A stretch of 64,000 bases of DNA from positions 496,001 to 560,000 of the forward strand of contig JAYWIR010000021.1 in NCBI GenBank assembly GCA_036172245.1. Direction: 5' to 3'. Positions 27,101 to 38,100 of this stretch are shown here, one piece after another. The stretch comes from Raillietiella orientalis (lineage: Eukaryota). Position 1 is the stretch's first letter. The number at the start of each line of letters is the position of its first letter. The notes beneath the pieces are model-generated. The model made no database searches. It saw only the letters and a program-made list of their open reading frames with translations, and had not been told where the DNA came from. The position numbers were made by a program, and so were the translations under genes.

Positions 27101-27889
27101 GTACACTCGTAATAGGCTAGTTTGAAAATGCTTTGAAAAGAAAAAAAAAAAAGGGTTTTAAGTTTTCGAATAGCCACTGAAAAATGAAAGCTGTTGGGTG
27201 CAGGTGTAGCTGAACAGATCCCCAAACATGTACAGCAGCTATCCATAGACTCTAAGCGAGCCTCAGGGAAAGATGACCAACGTTGGCTCGGATCATTTTG
27301 GCGCTACCCCCGGAAACGCCAATTGAAACTGAAATGATTTCAAATCAGAAAGGAAACTCCAGATGCTCGCCCTGGAGCGGAAGAGTATACCACAAGGCGG
27401 TGCCGAAAGAAATTCGCAAGTACCCGTTCGTGGTAAAGTGATGGCTGCTTTTTGAAGATCCGCCTTGACCGATCAGATGGCGAAGGGAACACATTAGCAG
27501 CCATCGTGGCAGTGGAACACTGCCGGAATTGCCTGTGGCTATGAAACGTCGTGAATTCCGATTTCTCAAACACCCCTTGTCGGAGACCCACAGCCTCAGG
27601 GTTTTCCTGTGTGAATCCCAAATCTCAAAATCGTGGTTACCTCCGCGTTCTGAAGACAGAATGATTCTCTCACGCTTAAAAGTAATCAATGAAAATTCGC
27701 TGTCGGCAACTTCCCGTTATAAAAAGGAATCTGCAATTGCACAGGAGGCTCTGGGAGAGCTACAAGTTTAAAGACCATCGTAGGAAGGGTACTTAAATTC
27801 GCGTATTTAATTCAGTGAGACTTTTTGGTTTCGGGATTTCAAACATATTTCAACTCAGCATAAACAGGGCCCTACAAGAATGTTAAGCA

Positions 27890-28435
27890 TATCAGTGATG
27901 AGAAGAAGAGTTTGTATGACGAGCATCGGAAGTTCCGGTTGGACTCGGAACTGTTCTTCATAGAAGTAACTGGGAGTGCCGTATGCTTAATTTGCCATAA
28001 ATCTCTTTCAACTATGAAAAAATGGAAAGTGGAGTGGCATTTCATCGTTGAGCGCAAAGACTTGAAAGTCTCACCGGTGGAGCTCGGAATAAGAAGGCGT
28101 GCAGCTGGGAACAGCTCGGAGCAGTTACCAAAACTTCGGGTTGAGAATCACAATATCGTTCATGCAGTCTGCGCAATCAACCCGTCATTTCCAAGCATCT
28201 TGGCTCGTGCTCGGAAGGAACGCTTGTTAAAGAATGCCTCGTGACAGCTATTAAGCAATCATAAGCCTGGACAGGAATAGTGGGGCAACAGTTCGTCCTG
28301 CGGAACTGTAGCTCAGAGAATTGACGAGATGGCGACTAATTGGATGGACTTTATGTTTGAGAAGTGGAAACATTTCTCTTGAGCACTTGATGAGACAGCT
28401 GATGTCGTAAGAAAGCTCGGTTGCCGATTTTTCTC
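27890..28435 (+). mobile_element. Decayed hAT transposase of the Buster/Charlie/SPIN (GTF2IRD2-like) group
   Basis: DEHRKF..LFFIEVTGSAVCLICHKSLSTMKKWKVEWHF (BED-type zinc finger), GTVAQRIDEMATN (~28302-28340), FS*ALDETADV (~28374-28406, cf. FSLALDESTDV); stops, frameshifts and deletions present. Confidence 0.85.
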
Positions 28436-30599
28436 AGAGAAATGAACAAGAAAATGCTGCAAAATGAGGACCGGGTGATTTCATACGCGACGTATCCTGT
28501 CCACATGAAAGCAACTTAGGGATCCTAGAAGAGTTCAGGGAGAAGAAAGAGAGCAAATAGTGGTGTTTGGATCTCCACTTTGTCTCAATGCAGGTCATCG
28601 CTGTGAGATCTCTCGGAGCGTAGGCCCCGTTCAATGACCAGGTCCCAAAGCAATTCACAATTAGGAGATCAGCCGAAAACTTGAAGAAGGAGTTGGAGAT
28701 TTCCTCTCTTGCATCCTATGTATGCTGCACCCAGAATCTCCGTGTCAACATCAATTCCAAAATAAAGAACAGAGACCTTCCAATTGGTTGGCTGGCGACT
28801 GCCATTGTCCCCCCTTAGGGAAGACAGCTGTGCCATGAAGAGTGTGGCGGACATGCGGATTCGCTTCCTTGGTTCCCCCGTCACCTCTGCGAGGTTAACT
28901 CCCCCGAGGCTACTAACGGATCGAAAATCTTCCGGGCTGATATCTTGAGACCAAGATCACGTGCCTGCGTCTTCCTGCAGCCTCGCGTTGTAATTGGTAA
29001 AGCAAAGGATCCAAAGTTGTTCCTACAACAGGTAGGCACTCTTCCATAGTGGAAGGCCGGAGGCCTTCATGCGGCGGTTGCGCAGCAATAGGAATGCCAC
29101 TCCTTCGCAATCCACTGCGAAGGATGTGGACCTACTGAAGACACCAATGTTCGTGCCATCTCTGCATCACCATGGCCACTTTTTGACTTTGCAGTTCCAG
29201 CTCCATTCACCTCAATGTCTGTAAACCAATTCCAGAGTCTCCAGGTTGGTACACCAATTTTCAAGAGGAACTTGGGTCCCTGTGAGCACAAGAAGCATCA
29301 GAGTCATCAGAAGACATGGCATCGGGTATCAAACTCTAGGGGAGTGGGGCAAACAGAAAGCAGGGGTCAGAGGAGAGGATCACAAATCTGTTTCTCACAG
29401 CATCCTGCTGCGGAAAGAGGAAATCTCTATCTGAGAATGGATCCAGTACTTTCCCAGATTTCTTCGGTGTCAGAGATCTTTTTTCTTTCCATCAGAGGTG
29501 TTTTTTAGAACATTAAGGGAAACCATCTGTTTCCGAGTCGGTTAAAGGAGTGCAATGCAAGAGAGACGTAATGTAACTGTAAGCGTTGCGGCCTGACCGA
29601 ATCCTGCCGGTCAGTGGGCTGTATGGCTACGGTTTCGGATTGAGGTGCATGGAGGAAACGTCTTTCACACTGAACTTTTGTGCAGAGGTTGCTCAAGAGG
29701 TTTTCCCATGGCCAGGGATCGCCATATCCATCTCAGTATAATGACTACAAAGCTGAGGTCGTAGTTACGACAGGTGCGGCGATTAGATTAACCGTATCAG
29801 ATGAGCAACTAGATGGTCTCGTCTATATTTTCAGGTAGTCACAGAGATCCCATCTAGCGCATACTGTGAGAACACGGTCTGCTGGCTACCAGTGAACTAA
29901 CTCTATTCTCTCCCCCCCATTGTCTCCCTATTTATTTATTTGTCCCGTTCCCTCCTTATCGTTTGCAGGAGATTGTGCCCGTTTCGTACAAACTACAGCC
30001 CCCTCCTCCCTGGATATCGTAAACCCTTCCATTTTGTATGTTTCCTATGTTTCAGTAAAGGCCGCGGAATGGTCTTCTCATTCCTGGGCCGACAAGACAT
30101 TTTCACAGTTGGACCAGGACAGACATGTTCTCACCTGAAGAGAAAGCGATCGTTTCTTTTCGGATCAAAAGTAGTTTAATATGATGGCCACCAGATTGGA
30201 GACGTAGCAGAAATTAAGCCGATAGAAACAGATTCTAATTTAGATGAAAGGATACAGTGTATTCAAAATAATACGGAAGAGCTCTACATCATCTTCCTGG
30301 GTTTTGTCCTCTATGAGATGTGATCCTCATTGGAGACAGAACTGGGGAGGAATGAGGCGAAACGGAAGCGAACCAATAAATAAGTGAATAAATGGGAAAT
30401 GCAATGAACCGTCCCAACGGTAACGAACATCATTCCCGAGAATCTGCGTCGAGAAAGCATGGGAATAGGTAGAGAGGTGGTGCATCTCCTGGTTTACATG
30501 AGCTGGTCTGCACAGGATGCTTTAGAAACTCCCCCGTGTTTGATGTCCAAAACTACATCATTTCTCGAAAGCGCGATTACGAACGGCTTCCCGCTATGC

Positions 30600-31860
30600 A
30601 GACCACACTTTTGGTCATTTTGGGGCTCACCGCTGCTTGCACCATGGAATAAGGTGGGTAGTGAAGACTCAGCTGGCAAGCCCAGAGAGGTGAACATTCG
30701 TGCGAAGAGGTTTCTTGAGGCAGCATCCGGGAACTGTAGCGCTCTCGCGATGCTCTTCCATTCCCACTGCAGTCCAACTCTTTCTATCAGCACGCGAGGT
30801 CCTCTCCGGCGTGTCTGGGCGAAAAGCGAACCGAGTCGCCATTCTGGAAGAGCGAAGCTCTGGGTGGGCTTTACTTCCTGGAGTGCATTGCTCCCTCTTC
30901 CAAGAGAGCATTTCTTTGGCTTTTTTTGTATAGTGCTTGCGTGGCGGTTCGTATGGTACGTGATCCAGTTTCCTGAGGAAACTGGTCAAGTCAACTCTTG
31001 CGGAGACCTCGTCCCCCAAAGAAACTATGGCGAAGCGAGCTGCTACTCAAGAAGAATGTGGGCTCCCTCTAGCTCACATGGAGCGATCCTTCTGGAACAA
31101 CGGTGTTCGATGGGCCATCCGCGGGCAGTGCAGGGATGGGGGCGTATTTAGTCCACGGCCGCAGCTCAAAAGCGAGCTAACAAGAATCCGCGGCAGAACG
31201 AGAAGCCCCGAGTTCCTAATGATGCTTGGGTGGAGCTGATGCGTAGGGATTCATCCTGAAAGGACACGGGTGTTGCCGAGCGCCTGTTCTGGATCGTTGA
31301 GCATCTTTCTTTTTTTCACCTGAATTCCCTTGGTTCGAAGGAGTGCACCCTTTGTTTCGAGTCAACAAGTCAGACCCTTTCTTACTGTATTTCATGCGTA
31401 CGCCAGAAGCATTCCGATCTATACATTCAGAGGCACGATGTGGTTTGTCAACGTCGTCCTGAAAATAACACGTGGAAGATGGACAGTCGTCTCTCGAAGA
31501 CAATAAACACCAGACGTCGACTCGTAACTGCGCCTGCATCTCCTGTTACGACGTGGAAGTCAAAGTTTTAATTCTAGACGTGGGATGTCCCTTTGAAAAC
31601 TCCGAGGAAGCATTCATACTGGCTTGGAAGGACAAAGAGCAAATACCGTGGAAGAGGTCTCTAGAGGATCTTTTGTAAGGCCCAGAGGATCGCAGCATCA
31701 GTAAGCACTGAAATTTTCGTGAAATCACGAAAACTGTGGGACTGAGCCAGAGAGCAAACAATCCAAGGTCTGAAAATCACTCGATCCCGCCTCTATGACT
31801 CACAGAAATTCATGACATCGTCCATCATCAAGCACAGTAGGCACGTCCACGGGATGCGCC
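30600..31860 (+). mobile_element. Decayed 3' half of an RLE-type non-LTR retrotransposon, NeSL/Utopia-like
   Basis: Ordered motifs: SPLLAPWNKV (~30627; cf. SxLAPWQK), CTLCFESTSQTLSYCISC (31344; zinc knuckle), QRHDVVCQR (31431), PDVDS*LRLHLL (cf. PGTDSQLRPDIV), KVLILDVGCPFENSEEAF (31562-31615), WD*ARE..LKITRS..KFMTSSIIKHSRHV (31737-31850; cf. WDPxNE..RLMVSDTIRWSRDIY). Confidence 0.75.
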
Positions 31861-32063
31861 TCCTCGACGACGCTCCGAACGATTTGGAGATGCAGGACAT
31901 TTCGATTTGCAGGAAGAGGAAATCCGTTCAGCAAACGCAGATGCTCCTCTCAACGTGAGTCCACAAAGAAGCAACTCTGGAGCATCGACCGGGGAACCGC
32001 ACGCGGCACAGGAAGGTGCGGATGAGGAACTCGAAGGAGAGCGTTCACTTGGAAGTTTAAAAC

Positions 32064-32130
32064 AGGACGCCAGTGTTAAGACCTGGAAACCCGACATCGA
32101 GCTCTAGGAATCGGGTTCGAACCTCGACAA
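32064..32130 (+). mobile_element. Second tRNA-derived SINE-like head
   Basis: A-box-like GGACGCCAGTGTTAAGACC followed by B-box GGGTTCGAACCTCGAC (~32113-32128); no cloverleaf. Confidence 0.35.
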
Positions 32131-32454
32131 TGACCTTCTGCCTGCGTGCCCCGAACGCGATGTTCCTTTCGATTCTGCGACGTGGGATTTGGACTACGTG
32201 AATGCAGAAGAAGCGAGGTAGAAGCTGGATGACGAGCCACCTACCCCGAGCAACCGGATTCTACGTCTCAGGAAACAGATGGAGCCAATACTAAGGAAAG
32301 TATGGATTCACAGTCTACAGAGAGAAGGCAGGCTGTGGAAATGGAGGAAACGCTTGATCCCTCGTCCCTCACATGTTTTCCCTATCTTTGTAAAATTTTA
32401 CTTATTTATTTTAAATAGATGGTTCGGCAATCCCGAATAGAAGGTTTCCCAGCG

Positions 32455-33030
32455 CTATGTGTGCGACGGGAATTCCTGGTTCGGAGTCCTCTCGAGAGAG
32501 ATGATTGCTCGGGCCCGGATAGCCTTTGGAGTGTTTTCCAACGGGACAGCCTTAGTTCTTAAATGTTCGTTGCTTTAGGAAGTGCACCAAACCCAACAAG
32601 GACGACAACAGATGATCGCCTTTGGTGTTTTTGGTTGCAAGGGATGTGGCAAGGAGTTGTGCAGCATCCGAAGAGCCTCCCTTGTCAGAGCATTTTTGAT
32701 TCAGCTCCAACAGGATCGATGCGATGCGACTCCACAACAAGAAGTTTTTCCTCGTTTGATTGCTAGAAATGTTTTTAAAACTTGGTGGGATTGGCTGTAG
32801 GAGGATCTACATTAATCGTATACTCAGTCTTGAATAATATTAAAGAATCATACAGCAAAGTCGCAAAAAGCACAAGGAAAACTCTGAATAAAGAATTTGT
32901 GGACTCCATAAAGAACTCGGAACACATTTTATGGAAGATATTAAAAAGGTATTTGCGACTGAGCTTATTTTGACGTAAAACTTCCAAAGAGTACAATACA
33001 TTTGGACAGATTTTTCAAGCGAGAAATCAG
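32455..33030 (+). mobile_element. Decayed Merlin (IS1595/ISXO2-like) DDE transposase
   Basis: Ordered motifs across frameshifts: DGNSWF, CFRKCTK/QQGR, FGVFG, RAFLIQLQQDR..LIARNV, GGSTLIVYS..ESYSKV, TLNKEFVD..EHILWKILKRYL, LF*RK..NTF; parallels Merlin consensus GSWF..DESxFxKRKYNRGR..WVFG..FL..DR..PGSxIxSD..VNHSxxFVD..IExxW..K..EFxWR. Confidence 0.6.
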
Positions 33031-33499
33031 AGAAGTCCTCATTCTCGAGGCATTTCGAATGGGAGAACGGAGGAGCAGCAGCCATGGTTCATTATGGTGA
33101 TCATGTACTTTTGTTTACATATTGCCTCTACTAAGGCAAAGTTATTCACAATCCTAGTGGAAATGGCAAATATAGGATACTTTCAGGACCTGTAACCGAT
33201 GAGATTCCATTTACTTCAGGCAGAAGCTTTACTATGCAGGACTGTGCATGCAAATGAAAATCTTCGAAAATTAAAATTACTCTGCCCGACAATTCTTACA
33301 GCTATCCTTAAGATTTATTTAGTTTTCAAGCAGTAATAATACCAATGCTAAAATAGCTAGCGAAATGTAATCCCAACAGAACAGTCTGGAAGAATCTTTC
33401 ACACCTTCCAATCTGGTTTGAATATGGAATTTCTTTAGTCAGGGAAAAAACCTTGGCATCCTAATATAAGATATTCATTTCGAAAAATGAAATGGTTGG

Positions 33500-34056
33500 T
33501 GATGGGAAGTTGATGGGAACGGCGAAGTTCCGGGTCTGCCATCTTAATGAAGAGTTAACGACTTCCCGTGGAGGGAAAAAGCTGATGGCCACTCTGAAGT
33601 CGTTTCTCGGAAAACGGATGCTCACGGAGTGCCGGATGGAAAGGTGGAGGCAGTTGCCATGACAACAGCAGGCACGCGCGAGATCACTCATAAAAATTTG
33701 GTTCATAAGCAAGCAAAGCTCCAGCTCCCTGTTTCGTGGTGATGCATGAAGACTTGCGTGCCGACTACGGTTCCAATGCACAAGAACGGAGAAGTACTTT
33801 GATATTTGATGCTATCGTTCACTTTAAAATTTTCGAGCCGTTCCCGCCGTCATGTTCGTGGGCTACCCTTACGTTTCCACATGAGAAGGTTTTTGGATGC
33901 GACTTCGAAAAGCCTTCAATGAAGAGTGGGGGGAGGCAAATTTTCATTGACTTTATGGTTTCAAAAATCTGGGTCGTCCACGTGCTCTTAATGGCCATGT
34001 CGTAGGCCACGCCACGTGGAAGTTGGCGGTCGTAAAAGAGCTTTAAGTACGAGAGA
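33500..34056 (+). promoter_or_regulatory. CpG-rich putative PRMT promoter/5' UTR
   Basis: CpG-rich block immediately upstream of the ATG; CpG density falls ~150 nt into the CDS. Positional inference. Confidence 0.45.
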
Positions 34057-35103
34057 ATGGGTGATCAATATTTTAAAAGTTACGATAGCATTGAAGTTCA
34101 CCAGTTGATGTTGAAAGACAAGGCTCGACTAGGTGCTTACGAATCGGCAATTTTTCAAAATGCAAAGTTTTTCACCGGCAAAGTTGTCATGGACGTTGGT
34201 TGCGGCACGGGCATTTTGTCATTATTTGCTGCTAAAGCTGGGGCCAAAAAAGTGTATGCTATTGAAGCAAGTAGCATAAGCCACATCGCTCAAGAGATAG
34301 TTCAATGCAATGGGTTTGGAGAAATCATACAGGTCATCCCTGAAAGTGTTGAAAACACCTGCATCCCAGAAAAAGTGGATATTATTATTTCTGAATGGAT
34401 GGGATTTTATCTGCTACATGAATCCATGATTGCTTCTGTATTGTATGCTCGTGATAAATTTCTCAAAAGTGATGGTGCCTTGTTTCCTTCACAATGTAAA
34501 CTGTGGGGAGCACTGTGCAATCTAAAAAATTATTTCGCAAATCAGATCAACTGCTGGAATGATGTATGTGGATTTGATATGCAGCCTATAAGAGAGGCAG
34601 TTTTGAAACAAGTACTCTCCAAACCTCTGATAATTACAATTGAGCAAACAGACCTACTCTCTGTGCCTATATGTATGAAAACAATTGATTTAAAAAGTAT
34701 AAGCATGTCTGAGATCAAGCACTTTAAATGTACGGGCTTGAGCACAGTCCTGCAAGATTGCTGCTTGCATGGTCTATGTATTTGGTTTGATTGTGATTTT
34801 CCAAATTGTATGGAAGACTGTAAGCCTATAGTTTTATCCACATCACCAGCAGCATCTGAAACTCACTGGAAGCAAACAATAATTCTTTTGCCAGAAGACT
34901 CCTTTTTGGAACTTGCCACAAATGACTGTTTTAGGTGGACAATAGAATTAGAACAGGATGCTCAGAACTTTCGTCAGTACAATATTACATGTGAGTTGTT
35001 TCCTGATAATTCGGAACACCCTATACCTTGTCAGTGTGGGAGCACCAGGTGCTTAATCATAAACCAGTTGTACTCGAAAAATTCAGATGAAAATTCCGTG
35101 TAA
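34057..35103 (+). CDS. Protein arginine N-methyltransferase, type I family (PRMT6/arthropod Art8-like), intronless, 348 aa
   Basis: YFxSY..HxxMLKD..R..AY, motif I VMDVGCGTGILS, post-I VYAIEAS, double-E loop VDIIISEWMGFYLLHESM, THW loop THWKQT. Exact ortholog uncertain. Confidence 0.95.
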   Translation: MGDQYFKSYDSIEVHQLMLKDKARLGAYESAIFQNAKFFTGKVVMDVGCGTGILSLFAAKAGAKKVYAIEASSISHIAQEIVQCNGFGEIIQVIPESVENTCIPEKVDIIISEWMGFYLLHESMIASVLYARDKFLKSDGALFPSQCKLWGALCNLKNYFANQINCWNDVCGFDMQPIREAVLKQVLSKPLIITIEQTDLLSVPICMKTIDLKSISMSEIKHFKCTGLSTVLQDCCLHGLCIWFDCDFPNCMEDCKPIVLSTSPAASETHWKQTIILLPEDSFLELATNDCFRWTIELEQDAQNFRQYNITCELFPDNSEHPIPCQCGSTRCLIINQLYSKNSDENSV

Positions 35104-35131
35104 AATCCTGAAGAGCAGCAATTCAATACTT

Positions 35132-38100
35132 TTAACTCAAATTGTTATTATATGGGCACAAGTAACTTGTTGGAACATAGCCAAAGTTTCCTGAACTATC
35201 TCTGATGTAACACCAATCTTCTTGCATGCTTCCCTGTAGAAGATAGACAACTTGTGACCTGTGCAATCTCAGTTGATTGCCATCAGCTGGCTCAAAGTCG
35301 AATTTTGCTTGATACATCTGTTTCAGGAACCACAAATAAGGATAAAGAACTCCTATGAACTTACTTTATATGATGTATGCATCTGACAGTGATCATCCTG
35401 ATCACCATATATATCTTCATAAATATTTTCCTGCAACATATCTGGGGTAGAAATTGGATGCAATGAATCCTGATAAGCCAATTTTCGCTCATCTACATAA
35501 GTTAATTAAAATGCATCTTTTAGCACTCTCATACCCTCATCCACATTCCAATAATGGAAGTCCACGAAATTTTCTTTGTTAACTTTTTCCAAACTGCTTT
35601 GGTTCGCATGCACTTGATAAAGTTGTAAGATGTCTTTGTTATGGGATGATGAGACAGAGTGATTGTAATTTGATTGAGATTTGTCAGTTTCTTTCCTGTT
35701 CTCAAAAGATGAGCTTTTACAGGGTGTTCTCAAAAGACAAGGTTTTGACACTTCGCATTCCCCTAGAGTTACTTTTCCACGAATCATTTCCTACAACACG
35801 TAAATATCTGCTGTAATATAATTTACCATGTGCGTGTTCCAAGCTTCAGACATCATCTTCATAAGATGCTGCTGCTCCTGATAAAGAATCCAAAGCAGCT
35901 GACTGATGAGTTGTGCAGAGAGAGTACACAACTCAGGCAACTCTTGCAGTAATTGTTTGTTTAAAGCAGAATAAATGTTTTGAGCGTTATGTAACTGTTC
36001 TTTCACTTGCTACATCAAGAGTATGGCACGAGTAAATTCAAATTACAAACACACCTTACTGGCACCACTTTTTTTTTCCAATCGGGACATGCATAGCAAA
36101 TAGTCTAATAGTTTATCATGTCTCTTCTGTATTAAATGCTGGGGCACAGAAAACAGCTGCAAGAGTTGCACAAGTGGTTTCAAAATACGAATTTCAATGT
36201 GATCTGTCTATTTGGAAGTTCCCTCATCTGAGAATTAGTGTATACATACAAAGTTTCGCAAATACTGCTCACACGAGAGATGTAGTTTCAAGAACATATC
36301 CAAAACATCATTTGATGGTTTTGTTAGGATGCAAAATGTGTGAATGAATGTTACTATGCTGAACTGGAAATGACTCACGCACCCCTCATAAAATTGGAAG
36401 TTACTCAGAAAATTCTTGACTAAAACCTGCAGAGAGTTAAATCTCTTTTCAGCTTCTTCAAAGAGTTCATCTCTTATCTATAAAAACCCACTAACCCCTT
36501 TGTTCATCTTATCCTATTCCTACCATAGTGTGCATGCCAAGGCCTGAAGATAACCTCATGCTCATTCGAGAGGACTTCTTTGCTATTGAGTGTAGTGTCA
36601 ATCGAGACATCATTTTCGAAATACTGAGACCAACTTCACTGCGATATTTGTTCACTATAGATGACAATTAAACATTTACCACTTGACCAAAATTTAGCAG
36701 GTCACGAGTAATCTCATGACAAGCATTTACCAATGTCTTTTTGCCTTTTGCACTCGTTTATTTTATTAGTCAAAGCTAACATTGTTTGCAATGCATCCTG
36801 AGCAATATCTTTAACAGGGCTGTCCTCTGGAGCATTCTGGAATGCCAATGTTACAAAAACCAAATTTACTACAATGATAGTGACCTTGCAAATTTGGTTC
36901 AATAATAATGGATAACGCAGAATACGCTGCACAGGTTTAATGAGCAAAGAACTCATGTCAAAACATGCTACCTGCTTCTTGATTTGTTCTAATCCTGTAC
37001 TGAGAAATGACCATGCTTCAGGGATACCCTGATACTGAAATGAGCAATATCACAGATACATGGGTCTGGAATCCATACATGCACATTAAACATCACAATA
37101 TACCAATATACTGAAGACTTCAAGCACTCTTTGCGATCTTATTTTTCATCAAAAACGAATCTATTTCTCAATTACAATTTCCAGACTGATTTATAAAGAC
37201 CAATTCTTTACCTTTGTTAGGAGTAATGGCATTTTATCATGGCTCAAGCAATACAACAGATACACTTCTTCTAGCAAAGAAGCTAATTCTATGAAACACT
37301 TCAAGTTTTGAATACCAGACTCCAGTTGCTGCACTAGAATAAAAGATAAATCCCGTACCTAAAAAGTCAGATCTTTACAAGTCATAGAAAGGCAAGAGAT
37401 ATATACCTGATGTAAATTGCCAAATAATGCTTCGCCATCTATCTTTTTTCTCATTAGAAAATCTGAATGTTCCACCATGAATACATCACAAATCAACTGC
37501 ATATCCTTCCAGAATATTTTTTCAGTAGACAGCAGTTCTTGGAAACTTAAATATAAACTGGATGAAAACTGACTGATAGTATTTGTGCTACTGGAATGTA
37601 ATATTGGTGTGAATTTCCTGAATGCTTTATCTTGTACCTGTTTGCTTCTCCTGGGGATTCAAAAACGGACCAGGCACTTGTTGAACCATACTTTGATGGT
37701 GCACGCGCTGATGAATCCCACTCTTTGATTTCAGGCAAATATGAAGAAAGCAAGCTAACACTGCCTAGAGGTGATCAAGAATTCAAAAGTTTTTATTTTT
37801 GATTCAAATGCTGTGCATGAAAAAGCATACCATGTTTACATGATGCTGGCAAGGAGCTTCCTGTTCTCTGCTTTACAACATCTGAGGGTACTGGAGGAGC
37901 TGGTCTGTGTGGAATGAGCACCCCTTGGACTGCACAACTGAGGATGTAGTACAGAGCTGTTTGCAGCATCTTACCTGAAGAATCCTGGTTGGAACAAAAA
38001 GCATCTGGAATGTTTTCATAACTGTGTAACTTGTATTCTGAAACTACATCATATACTGGAGGTTTGCAAACATTTTGGGAATTCGTTATCTTTGAATGAA

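Noticed and set aside
28560..29300. LINE RT/zinc-knuckle (RFLGSPV, CEGCG..ED) or RNase H (WFTD..SQW) remnants
   Set aside because: Short motifs on opposite strands with no consistent ordered series; cannot be supported by eye.
30494..30793. Death-domain-like minus-strand ORF (WKSIARALQF)
   Set aside because: Lies antisense to the better-supported retroelement relic; single motif only.
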